Source of the DNA: Escherichia phage AnnaHegner_Bas87
DNA: 64,000 nucleotides
Strand: one strand, 5' to 3'
Sequence record: PQ850594.1
Position numbers and translations under genes: made by a program. The notes below the pieces were generated by a model. The model was not told the DNA's origin. It saw only the letters and a list, made by a program, of their open reading frames with translations, and did not search any database. Positions within the stretch are counted from its first letter, which is position 1; each line of letters begins with the position of its first letter. Below, piece after piece: positions 27,537 through 36,001 of this stretch.

Positions 27537-28274
27537 TTATGATTTTTCAGATTCCATTGCTTTAACAATAGCTTTACAGAAACCTGAACGAACAATATCG
27601 TCTGATTCACCATCTACTAGAGCGGCAAATTCAAATAACTGGTGACGGTAGATGAAATCAGTAGCCCAATCCAGACCACTCTCACCACGCATATCATGCT
27701 GATTAGTATCTCCCATGCAGAACATCTGAGAGGTTTCACCAAGACGTGTCATGATTGAATATGCTTCATCAGGAGTAGTATTCTGGAACTCATCAACAAT
27801 CACGATGGCGTCATTGAATGATCGACCACGCAGATATTCCAGAGGTACGAACTCAATGTTACCATTACCTACTTGACATTCGTAGAAACCTTTACCGTAG
27901 CGCTGAGTAATAACATCAACGATTGGCATCAGGTATGGTTCAAACTTCTCACGAAGCCCACCGGGAAGTAGTCCAAGACTGTTACCCATACCAACAGCAG
28001 GTCGGCTTAGGATAATCTTCTCAATCTTCCCACTCTTCAGAGCATCGATCACTGTAGAAGTGATTACGAATGTCTTACCACAGCCAGCAGGAGCATCTGT
28101 GAATACAACCTGTTTGGTTTTAATTGCATCAAGCAGCTCACTCTGGAATTGGTTCTGAGGTACTACCGGCTTAGCAAGAACTACTTCTTCAAATTCCCGC
28201 TTTCCTTTCTTGGTGACGAGAGCTTCACGACGTAATTCTCTCCGTGATGCTTTCCGAGATTCTCTACGACTCAT
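27537..28274 (-). CDS. phoH: PhoH-like ATPase
   Basis: Walker A APAGCGKTF and overall PhoH-like layout. Confidence 0.8.
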   Translation of the reverse strand: MSRRESRKASRRELRREALVTKKGKREFEEVVLAKPVVPQNQFQSELLDAIKTKQVVFTDAPAGCGKTFVITSTVIDALKSGKIEKIILSRPAVGMGNSLGLLPGGLREKFEPYLMPIVDVITQRYGKGFYECQVGNGNIEFVPLEYLRGRSFNDAIVIVDEFQNTTPDEAYSIMTRLGETSQMFCMGDTNQHDMRGESGLDWATDFIYRHQLFEFAALVDGESDDIVRSGFCKAIVKAMESEKS

Positions 28275-28452
28275 TTCCTACCTCCGTGTTCTTCATATAA
28301 GAAGCTACAGGATTTACACTCTGAGCAATGGATACCTATAACCTTAATTTCGACAAACTTCTTATTCTTCCCTTTAGTCGGGGAGCCTTTGGCAAGCTCC
28401 CGTATTACTTTCGAGTCCAAATGGAGAAGAGTTGATTCACATTTAAAACATT

Positions 28453-28773
28453 TCAGATTGATTTGTCCTTATGTAAACGGTATACTTCAGTAGCCATACA
28501 AGCTATACGCTCGTCATGAGGAAGATGCATACCAGTGGAGCCATTCCATCCATTGAACTCTGAATCGAAGAATCCAATAGGCTCAGGATACATCTCTTGC
28601 AAGGTGGTTAAGTCATCAGCCACTTGTTGCCACTTATCGTCAGACCAGATTGGGTCATCCAACCAATAATACAAATAGGAGTGGATAAGCATCTGTGTTC
28701 TGTGTCGTTTAATCACTTCAGCAGGACTGATTTCATTTCCGTTACCAGTCCTAAATGTATTATTGTTGATCAT
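28453..28773 (-). CDS. small protein resembling the N-terminal Ia domain of NAD-dependent DNA ligase
   Basis: IHSYLYYWLDDPIWSDDKWQQVADDL...YPE parallels the LigA H.YLY...D.PEI.D..YD..L pattern; no adenylation domain present. Confidence 0.35.
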   Translation of the reverse strand: MINNNTFRTGNGNEISPAEVIKRHRTQMLIHSYLYYWLDDPIWSDDKWQQVADDLTTLQEMYPEPIGFFDSEFNGWNGSTGMHLPHDERIACMATEVYRLHKDKSI

Positions 28774-29249
28774 TCCAAAACCCTTTCTTCTAAATCATAA
28801 AAGATTTGATTTGTCCCATTATTCTCAACAAGCACTGTTCCATTATCTAACAGGGTAGCAACTTGGGAATAAGGAATGTTCTTTAACATCAGAGAGTTGG
28901 TGGTTGGCTTCTTTTTGAAGTAAGCGACAGGCTCAACGTAGAAGGAAATCCCACGACTCCCTTTGATTGGAGTACTCGAAGACAATACCCAAATTGTTTC
29001 TGGATTGCCTACTCCTTTTTCAACACCGACCTCAACAAGAGAGTCAGCAGCGAAACCTACAGGACGCCTAGAAGAACCAAGCAACCGAATATATCCCGGT
29101 AGTTTTGACATATTAGACCAACTGCCAGTGTTTTCATTAAACATAGGTCGTGTATTTCCATATGCCCAAACCTGATTATCACAATCGCGGGCTATGTATT
29201 TGGTCCACTCAGGAACATCATATTCTCTTCCTTCAAAAATAGCTTTCAT
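28770..29249 (-). CDS. hypothetical protein
   Basis: ORF only. Confidence 0.4.
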   Translation of the reverse strand: MKAIFEGREYDVPEWTKYIARDCDNQVWAYGNTRPMFNENTGSWSNMSKLPGYIRLLGSSRRPVGFAADSLVEVGVEKGVGNPETIWVLSSSTPIKGSRGISFYVEPVAYFKKKPTTNSLMLKNIPYSQVATLLDNGTVLVENNGTNQIFYDLEERVLE

Positions 29250-29558
29250 TTAGATAACCTTGTGCTTGTAGGTGTTAGGTTTGTAGTAATGCAACCAGTT
29301 TATGTGTTGCTTCTGTTCAAGGTAGTGCCTGCAATCATGACAAAAAGCATGACCCAAACCTGTTTCCTCGTTCAGCTTGAAATTGATAAGAAGCTTCTTC
29401 TTTTGACAGAAGCTACATACTTTAGTGGGCTTCACGTAGTGCGTCCCATGAGATTGGGAAAAGTTTACGAAGCTCTTCATCAACAGTTGATGCGAATAAA
29501 CGCACTTCGTATTGAGCATGGTCTGACAGACGTTGACGACACAACTCTGACCAACCAA
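29250..29558 (-). CDS. Cys-rich putative zinc-binding protein
   Basis: CSFCQKKK...CHDCRH; start uncertain because it overlaps the ThyX-like 3' end. Confidence 0.3.
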   Translation of the reverse strand: MVGQSCVVNVCQTMLNTKCVYSHQLLMKSFVNFSQSHGTHYVKPTKVCSFCQKKKLLINFKLNEETGLGHAFCHDCRHYLEQKQHINWLHYYKPNTYKHKVI

Positions 29559-30072
29559 ATAAAGACCCTGTCCACACCCACTCAGTGATCATGCCCTGAG
29601 GCAATACGAATCGAGCTTGCTCTGGAGCGATAAACTTAATCAATTCATCATACGACTCAAGAGCTGTTTCGTATGCCCGATTAATCAGAACTAGTGCAGA
29701 GTTTTGTGCTCCTGTGGTGAGGAGATTCCCCGCACCTGCATGGAGGTCCGAAGGTCTTTCAAAAATCTCTTTAGGGATGAAGAGTTCAACTGCTCCATCT
29801 TTATACCGCCGGGACATTTCGTTCCATGAGAATCCAACTTGGTGTTTATTGAGTTGTCTAGCAATTGCAATGGGAGCCTTACACCGAAAGGTGATTTGAG
29901 GGTGTCGAAAAGGAGTCACATGACGTTCCCGAGCTAAGAATTTAATCAACCGCTCGTCACGTTCGTTCAGATCACCATCTCGTGTCACACCAAAGGAAAC
30001 CCTTGCTGCATTGACCACAGATTTGTCGGAACCCATGTGCTCTACCAGTGTTGCTTTTAAAAAATCAGACAT
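29422..30072 (-). CDS. thyX: ThyX-family (flavin-dependent thymidylate synthase-like) protein with divergent signature
   Basis: overall ThyX pattern but the canonical RHR-X7-8-S motif reads KHQVGFSWNEMSRRY. Confidence 0.55.
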   Translation of the reverse strand: MSDFLKATLVEHMGSDKSVVNAARVSFGVTRDGDLNERDERLIKFLARERHVTPFRHPQITFRCKAPIAIARQLNKHQVGFSWNEMSRRYKDGAVELFIPKEIFERPSDLHAGAGNLLTTGAQNSALVLINRAYETALESYDELIKFIAPEQARFVLPQGMITEWVWTGSLFGWSELCRQRLSDHAQYEVRLFASTVDEELRKLFPISWDALREAH

Positions 30073-30532
30073 ACTTCAACTTCTCCTTGTTGTAAACTTC
30101 TTCTGCCTCTTCGCAAGAAGCAAAAGTCCCTAAATGTATATTCTTACCTTTGACGCCAATGATGGCTCGGTATCTATCACCAGAAGTTGTCTTACGAAGA
30201 TACACACCCCTAGGAAGATTTCCTATCTTGCTATCAACATCATACTGCTTTCTGTTATGGCAGTTAGTGGATGGATTTACATCTCTTAGGTTATCAATCG
30301 AATCATTAAGTTTGTTCTGGTCGATGTGGTCAATTTCAAACTCAGGAAACTTTCCATGAACAAAGAACCAAGCAAGGCGACAAGCTCTGTAGCTTTTCCC
30401 TTCATACTCAATATAACGATAACCTAGAGAAGATACATATCCAGCTTGATTCCCTTTAACCCTTCGACCTTTTGTGTTCTTCCAGAAGAAGGCTCCAGTC
30501 TTAGGGTTATATTCCAAGTCATCTTGTATCAT
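30065..30532 (-). CDS. HNH homing endonuclease (HNH_3-type with AP2-like domain)
   Basis: YRACRLAW...IDHIDQNKLNDSIDNLR and AP2-like RYRAIIGVKGKNIHLGTF..EEAEEVY; stop overlaps the ThyX-like start. Confidence 0.7.
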   Translation of the reverse strand: MIQDDLEYNPKTGAFFWKNTKGRRVKGNQAGYVSSLGYRYIEYEGKSYRACRLAWFFVHGKFPEFEIDHIDQNKLNDSIDNLRDVNPSTNCHNRKQYDVDSKIGNLPRGVYLRKTTSGDRYRAIIGVKGKNIHLGTFASCEEAEEVYNKEKLKYV

Positions 30533-30539
30533 CTCTTCC

Positions 30540-30752
30540 TTAATAATAAACTTTTGGTACTACTACAATGAAACCCGCTGCTGTCATATATGCACGGTGG
30601 ATTGAAATCTTCGAATCACGACCCATCTTCTTGAGGGCACGTTTAGTGCATCGTGCAGTTTTACGAGTAGCACACGTGTTAACCCTTGGATACTCCATCT
30701 CTGGATATTCAGAAACAACAGCCCAAAAATACACATCTTTTCCTTGAGTCAT
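30540..30752 (-). CDS. small protein, KVYY family member 1
   Basis: W.VV...TR..AR..KRALK....ISI.....Y ending KVYY; four paralogs in the window. Confidence 0.4.
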   Translation of the reverse strand: MTQGKDVYFWAVVSEYPEMEYPRVNTCATRKTARCTKRALKKMGRDSKISIHRAYMTAAGFIVVVPKVYY

Positions 30753-30767
30753 AATAGCACCTATTCT

Positions 30768-30983
30768 TTAATAGTAAATCTTTTTATAAATCAGGTTGCT
30801 TCCACTTTCTGTTTCAATCCCTTTCTGGATTGTAATCTTAGAAGCACCGGTATTAGCAATTTTTAAAGCTCGTTTAAAGCGGCGAGCCTCTCTCCGTGTT
30901 GTGTATGAGGAGAAGCTAGGGATTGTACTATCAAAATTAAACCACTTAACTACCCAAAAAGTAATCCAAGGTTTCTTTTCCAT
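30768..30983 (-). CDS. small protein, KVYY family member 2
   Basis: TRREARRFKRALK...ITIQK ending KIYY. Confidence 0.4.
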   Translation of the reverse strand: MEKKPWITFWVVKWFNFDSTIPSFSSYTTRREARRFKRALKIANTGASKITIQKGIETESGSNLIYKKIYY

Positions 30984-30984
30984 A

Positions 30985-31260
30985 TTAAATACCTTTCAGA
31001 GCTGTATCTAAAAACGCACGGAGGTTTGATTCAGTTTGCATACCGGACAAGCTGTAGTGAGCACCACTGTTCATGTTAGGAACCACAAAGGCTGGGATAC
31101 TGCGAACACCATATTCAATGGCTCGCTCTCGACCATCACCTTCAGAGATATTTACTTCTTCAACTTCTACGTTGTAATCAGCTACAACTTTCTTAAACAC
31201 AGGAGCCATAGCTGCACATGGAGCACAGGAATTACTATAAAACTTAATTACTTTACTCAT
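30985..31260 (-). CDS. thioredoxin/glutaredoxin-fold protein
   Basis: CAPC active-site motif; start moved to internal Met (MSKVIKF) with AAGGAA RBS. Confidence 0.6.
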   Translation of the reverse strand: MSKVIKFYSNSCAPCAAMAPVFKKVVADYNVEVEEVNISEGDGRERAIEYGVRSIPAFVVPNMNSGAHYSLSGMQTESNLRAFLDTALKGI

Positions 31261-31450
31261 TTTATTCCTTGTTAATAAACAGATTGATATGACGCTGGGT
31301 AGCAGGAACAACAATAAAAGATTTATACTGACCTTTTGCTAAGTCATGAGCAATCTTCTTTGTCTGACCAAGACCCATCACACAGCCACTAACGATAATG
31401 GCATGTGCTTGTAATTCTTCAGGTAGGTTTAGTTTCACTCTTTGGATTCC

Positions 31451-31636
31451 TTATAGCATACAAAGAATAATAACAAGAGGTAGTGTTATAGCAAAATGTA
31501 CCAGAACAACACTACCTAGCTTGATAGCTTTAACATCCTCTTCTGCTGGGTTTTCTTTAATTGCTAAATTTCGAGCTTTATATATAACAGTACCAACTAT
31601 TAACGACCACACGGCCCACACAATCAGTGAAATCAT
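31451..31636 (-). CDS. small two-TM membrane protein (paralog pair)
   Basis: two hydrophobic helices around a KENP loop. Confidence 0.4.
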   Translation of the reverse strand: MISLIVWAVWSLIVGTVIYKARNLAIKENPAEEDVKAIKLGSVVLVHFAITLPLVIILCML

Positions 31637-31645
31637 ATCAAACCC

Positions 31646-31867
31646 TTATGCAGTCAACAGGTGGAGAAGGAAAGGAATGACAACAGAGAAAACTACCAGA
31701 GCAATGCTACCATGTTTAATAGGTTTGGCATCATTTGGATTTTCTTTAAGCATCTGCTTCTGAGCCAGATAAACGATACCACCAACAAGGATTGCCCATA
31801 CAGACCATACGATTGCTGAAAACATACTCATATCCTTATAAAGAAGTTCGCCCCACCTCTTGAACAA
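31646..31867 (-). CDS. small two-TM membrane protein (paralog pair)
   Basis: AIVWSVWAILVGGIVY...KENPND...ALVVFSVVIPFLL. Confidence 0.4.
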   Translation of the reverse strand: MFKRWGELLYKDMSMFSAIVWSVWAILVGGIVYLAQKQMLKENPNDAKPIKHGSIALVVFSVVIPFLLHLLTA

Positions 31868-31888
31868 AGAGACAGGGCGGAGGTTTGA

Positions 31889-32464
31889 TTAGTAAGACAC
31901 ATCACCACTGGAGTGGGACATGTTGCTCTTGACGAAGTAACAGAACTTGCCAAGACCTTCATTAATTTCTTGAAGCATACTCTGGTCCACTGGATAGGTG
32001 CACAAGTCTGAATCAAACTCATCCATCTTCTCAATGATACACATAAGAGTCATGCACATGTCGGAAAGCATACCGTCCATGTCGAGATCAGCGTTACCTT
32101 CTCGGAACCAAGCATGGCCTAAATAATTACTAGCAGTAGCATCCACTTTAACACAATGAAAGCGCATACGCTCTGCTATTCGGTCGCCTGCCTCACGAGC
32201 ATAATCTTCTAGTTCATCGAACATACCATGAACACCTTGGAAACCAGCTCCAGAGACGTTCCAGTGGTAGTTCTTTGCTTTGATGTGTAGAAGTTCAAGG
32301 TTAGCTTGCACACCACACAAGATGTGTTCTAAGCTGTTACCGCTAATCAGTTTATTCATTCCCTCAAGACGAGAGATAGAAGAGTCAGTAGTAGAGAATG
32401 GGTTGCTAGAACCCACTCGTGTTAGTTCTGGTAAGTCGAAGACATTATTATGCATTAGGTGCAT
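31889..32464 (-). CDS. Dps/ferritin-like protein
   Basis: YHWNVSGAGFQGVHGMFDELEDYAREAGDRIAERM matches the Dps ferroxidase-site signature. Confidence 0.6.
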   Translation of the reverse strand: MHLMHNNVFDLPELTRVGSSNPFSTTDSSISRLEGMNKLISGNSLEHILCGVQANLELLHIKAKNYHWNVSGAGFQGVHGMFDELEDYAREAGDRIAERMRFHCVKVDATASNYLGHAWFREGNADLDMDGMLSDMCMTLMCIIEKMDEFDSDLCTYPVDQSMLQEINEGLGKFCYFVKSNMSHSSGDVSY

Positions 32465-32795
32465 CCCCTTCTAAGTTAGTTGAATTAGCTACATTACGAG
32501 CAATGTTATCCATGACCTGCTGGGTAATAACAATGCAATTCTGTGGGTCTACAGACTTAGAACGCCCCATTTCAGGGTCATAAACCTTAACACGCTTGGC
32601 TGTTGAGCCAGTAACTTGCAACACTTTGAGAAGATAACCTTGGTTTCCAATAGACCATGCAACAACATCACGATTCTTGATATAACGACCAAGCATATCA
32701 CGATGATAGAACTGCTGCATAACTTTAGCTTTGCTAATCTCTTCAGATGGCGGGGCCACTTTACTCAAATCTAACATAACTCTCTCCTGTTTCAT
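32448..32795 (-). CDS. hypothetical protein
   Basis: AGGAGAG RBS; AAATGTATA promoter-like variant upstream. Confidence 0.4.
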   Translation of the reverse strand: MKQERVMLDLSKVAPPSEEISKAKVMQQFYHRDMLGRYIKNRDVVAWSIGNQGYLLKVLQVTGSTAKRVKVYDPEMGRSKSVDPQNCIVITQQVMDNIARNVANSTNLEGDAPNA

Positions 32796-32813
32796 ACAAT
32801 ATTCTTATACTGT

Positions 32814-32822
32814 ATATACATT
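32814..32822 (-). promoter_or_regulatory. promoter-like variant AAATGTATA (minus strand)
   Basis: one-mismatch variant of TAATGTATA about 20 nt upstream of the 32795 start. Confidence 0.3.
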
Positions 32823-32847
32823 TGAGAGTTATCATATCTACTACCAA

Positions 32848-33063
32848 CTAGTAATAAACCTTGCTGGATATGAATCCAGCACTGTTATGGATATTTTCAA
32901 TCCAACGATGAATCTCCACCTTTTCAGCGATTCCTAAAGCTTTTGTAGCTTTTATAGTTTTCTTAGCAAGACGAGCCTCTTGTCTTGTGTTGAATAATTG
33001 AATACAATCACCACCAAGAGCTTTGTTAGCCCATTTAGTACGAACTGCCCATAATTTATCCAT
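32848..33063 (-). CDS. small protein, KVYY family member 3
   Basis: NTRQEARLAKKTIK...VEIHR ending KVYY. Confidence 0.4.
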   Translation of the reverse strand: MDKLWAVRTKWANKALGGDCIQLFNTRQEARLAKKTIKATKALGIAEKVEIHRWIENIHNSAGFISSKVYY

Positions 33064-33275
33064 TAGTAATGTACCTTTCCGCTGATATAGAAACGACCTG
33101 ATTTAAAGTCTTGAGCTTTGTGGATAGTGATCTTATTAATTGTGCTTTCACAACTTAACAAGAACTTCTTATGAGCGCGAGCTTCTTGACGGGTATTCCT
33201 AATACCCATTGACTCTGTACCACTGCTCCAGTGAATACGAACTACCCAACGTCTTTTCATTGTTCCAAACTCCAT
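33063..33275 (-). CDS. small protein, KVYY family member 4
   Basis: NTRQEARAHKKFL...ITIHK ending KVHY. Confidence 0.4.
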   Translation of the reverse strand: MEFGTMKRRWVVRIHWSSGTESMGIRNTRQEARAHKKFLLSCESTINKITIHKAQDFKSGRFYISGKVHY

Positions 33276-33466
33276 TATCTGTCAACCAATTTAGGGACAA
33301 ACTGCATTACACAGACCTGACTACGAGGGAGATTTATTTCACAAGCGGCTCTTCTCGTCTCAATCTTAACGCTAGAATCTGGACCAACGTTAGATATAAA
33401 TACTCCCATAGCAAATGCCCCAACTACAAAACCAATAGCTAAGTAAGTAGCTTTTTCTTCTTTCAT
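33275..33466 (-). CDS. small membrane protein
   Basis: single hydrophobic helix LAIGFVVGAFAMGVFI. Confidence 0.35.
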   Translation of the reverse strand: MKEEKATYLAIGFVVGAFAMGVFISNVGPDSSVKIETRRAACEINLPRSQVCVMQFVPKLVDR

Positions 33467-33471
33467 CTTGG

Positions 33472-34005
33472 TTATACACCTTTAGATGCAACTACCCCAT
33501 TGCTGCCATTGTAACGACCCTTCACTGCATAGGAATCATCACCAGCGTGAGAGTGTTCAAACATAACCATCTGACCAACACGCATCCCAGCACGAACTCG
33601 TAAGCTGTGGTTGTGGGTAACGTTATGGAATTCAAAGGTCAGCTTACTGCTGTTAAACCCTGCATCAGCCCAACCAGCATGTAAGTGGTTCAAACCACAA
33701 CGAGCCATTGAGGAGCGAAGTACAAACAGACTTGAGATGTTATCTGGAAGGTTAAACTCTTCCATTGAGTGCGCTAAGAAGAATTGTCCCGGAGTGATGA
33801 CAATACCATCTTCAGGGATTTTCACCTCTTTCCACTTGAGGTTTTCTTTAGCATCAATGTCAACAATGCCGTCAGCCTGTTCTTCAACAAGGATAGTATC
33901 ACCAATACGGATATCCACACTAGCAGCGTTAACATATTTATGCTCCGCATCTAAAAAGCCATTATCAATAACACTGTGTAATTCTTGAGAACCTAAAAGA
34001 CTCAT
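33472..34005 (-). CDS. dcd: dCTP deaminase / dUTPase-superfamily enzyme
   Basis: HAGWADAGFNS...GMRVGQMV matches the dCTP deaminase G.iDpGf...pGmri.Q pattern. Confidence 0.65.
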   Translation of the reverse strand: MSLLGSQELHSVIDNGFLDAEHKYVNAASVDIRIGDTILVEEQADGIVDIDAKENLKWKEVKIPEDGIVITPGQFFLAHSMEEFNLPDNISSLFVLRSSMARCGLNHLHAGWADAGFNSSKLTFEFHNVTHNHSLRVRAGMRVGQMVMFEHSHAGDDSYAVKGRYNGSNGVVASKGV

Positions 34006-35450
34006 GAGTTTCTGTTTCCTTGTACAGATGATGCCAAATTGTTAATCATGTTACGAGCTGTTTCACGAGTCAGCGTAACACCTGCTAAGTTACTATCAAG
34101 TTCACCAACTAATTCACGAGCTGTTGCTCGGAGTTCTGCACCAAGTGTAGTGTTAGAATGAGCCAGACCATTACGACGACCGACAGGTCGAGGAGTATTG
34201 TTAGCATCATTAGCTAAAGATGCAAAACCAATACGAGCAGCTTCACGAGCGGCTATAGCTGCTACCCGATCTTCCGTAGGGGTTGGCAAATCACCAACTT
34301 CTACACGTTCTATATCACTAGAACGTAGACCCTGAACAACAGAGCTAACTGTTTCCCATGAACGACGGGAGCGCTGCAAATCACCCATAGATGGAGAAGA
34401 AGCAGGTCGAACAGTTACTCCACCTGTATCATGAGTGACGTGCCATGTACGAGTACCCATTCCAGAAGAACGGGCACTACCAAAACTACCAGTGAAAGTA
34501 TCACGAGGTGACTCTGTAGCAGGTGCTGCGAATCTTGTCTGTTGCCAAGAGTCACGTCTGTCAGTTCCCGGAGTCCAAGGCTGCGTAATTGCTTCAGCAC
34601 CTATAGTGGTTAATCCGCTAGACCATTCTGTCTGTAGATTAACTTCCTCGTCCAGATAACTACGACCCCTTTCCTGAGGAATGTTTAATATAGTTTCCAT
34701 CATCTTCAGGGTATAATGACGACGCTGATTCTGATATAAATTTACACCAGCCATAGGTCCAACTAAATCACTAATCAGGTGAACTTCTGGCTCACCGAAA
34801 GCTCCCATTGCAAGGTGCATGTATTCAGTAGAACTGCTATAAACTGCAACAGTTGCTTCAGGCCACTTCTTGTGAACATACTTCATTTCACGACTAGATA
34901 CCACAGGAATGTCACGAGTGTATGACATTGCAAACAAACCTTCGTTTGACACATACAGATTACCAAGAGTCATAAACCCTTGACAGATCATAGGAAAGCG
35001 ACGGCTTAAAGTATCCATATCCAAAGGTAGATTAATCATCATCTGGATTTTAACTTGATCAATCTCAATTTCCAGAATCTCTTGGAAAGTGAAAAGCGCT
35101 TCAGCATAGGTTGTCCCGTTAACAGGCTGAATTAGTCGAGATGTAACCTGAAGCCCCTTACTTTCTGTCCAAGATAAGAAGTTGTCAAGGAATAGTGCAG
35201 CATTACCTACGTTAGCAGGGCTGTTTTCTTGACGAGTGTTCCAACGAAGCCCTCCTTGAACTAGGAAGATATCAACATCATTCGGAGTTCTATTTTGAAA
35301 GAACGTATCACGGATAGCACCACCTGCAATAACAGGATAGATGCCATCAGGGACTACGTTATCTCTGATCAAATTACGAATCAGGTCAAGCCCTACACTG
35401 AGGGCTTCTCCTTCTTGAAGGTTCAATTCAGATAGTGGAATCTTAATCAT
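34002..35450 (-). CDS. Pol-beta-superfamily nucleotidyltransferase (CCA-adding/poly(A) polymerase-like head) with low-complexity C-terminal half
   Basis: PVIAGGAIRDTFF...PNDVDIFLV (GG.xRD plus DxD); C-terminal ~200 aa Ser/Arg/Thr/Gly-rich. Confidence 0.5.
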   Translation of the reverse strand: MIKIPLSELNLQEGEALSVGLDLIRNLIRDNVVPDGIYPVIAGGAIRDTFFQNRTPNDVDIFLVQGGLRWNTRQENSPANVGNAALFLDNFLSWTESKGLQVTSRLIQPVNGTTYAEALFTFQEILEIEIDQVKIQMMINLPLDMDTLSRRFPMICQGFMTLGNLYVSNEGLFAMSYTRDIPVVSSREMKYVHKKWPEATVAVYSSSTEYMHLAMGAFGEPEVHLISDLVGPMAGVNLYQNQRRHYTLKMMETILNIPQERGRSYLDEEVNLQTEWSSGLTTIGAEAITQPWTPGTDRRDSWQQTRFAAPATESPRDTFTGSFGSARSSGMGTRTWHVTHDTGGVTVRPASSPSMGDLQRSRRSWETVSSVVQGLRSSDIERVEVGDLPTPTEDRVAAIAAREAARIGFASLANDANNTPRPVGRRNGLAHSNTTLGAELRATARELVGELDSNLAGVTLTRETARNMINNLASSVQGNRNS

Positions 35451-35452
35451 TT

Positions 35453-36001
35453 CTACATTTTCCAGTTGAGAGATGGGGGATTCTTATAATCAAATCCAGC
35501 CATTTGGCAAAGACACATGTAAACCTTAACTGTCAAGTTAACGTCTTGTTCACAATACGTGAACATGTCTTCAGTGAAAGCATCCCATGCTTCTTCCTGT
35601 TCACCATAGTCACCCTTCAGCTCTCCCAGAAATTCGCCCCATTGCTTGAGGCCATGACCGCGAGGTCCGTGTCTAGGGTCGCCTTTGGGATATTCTGGAC
35701 TGTCACCAATACGGTCAGGCTTGAGGTATCGACTCAGGCACAGGGTATCAAAGACATTAAAACGAAAAGGTATCACATGAGAGTAGAATTTAAACAAAGC
35801 AGGAAGGTCAAAATCAATAATATTGTGACCTATTACTACATCAGCTTCTTTCAGTTTGTGTAGTGCTTCTTCAATTTGGTGAGGGCGATACCCCCACCGT
35901 TCTCCAGACAGTACATCAAATATCCATATACACCAGACATTCTGAATACCATCATAGAGGTTATCACCTTCAATATCAAACGCATACAGTTTCTTTACCA
36001 C
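35453..36001 (-). CDS. 3'-5' exonuclease, DnaQ-like (T7 gp5 N-terminal exonuclease homolog)
   Basis: FDIEGDN (Exo I), HNIIDFDLP (Exo II), YCEQDV (Exo III); collinear with the T7 DNA polymerase exonuclease domain. Confidence 0.75.
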   Translation of the reverse strand: MVKKLYAFDIEGDNLYDGIQNVWCIWIFDVLSGERWGYRPHQIEEALHKLKEADVVIGHNIIDFDLPALFKFYSHVIPFRFNVFDTLCLSRYLKPDRIGDSPEYPKGDPRHGPRGHGLKQWGEFLGELKGDYGEQEEAWDAFTEDMFTYCEQDVNLTVKVYMCLCQMAGFDYKNPPSLNWKM

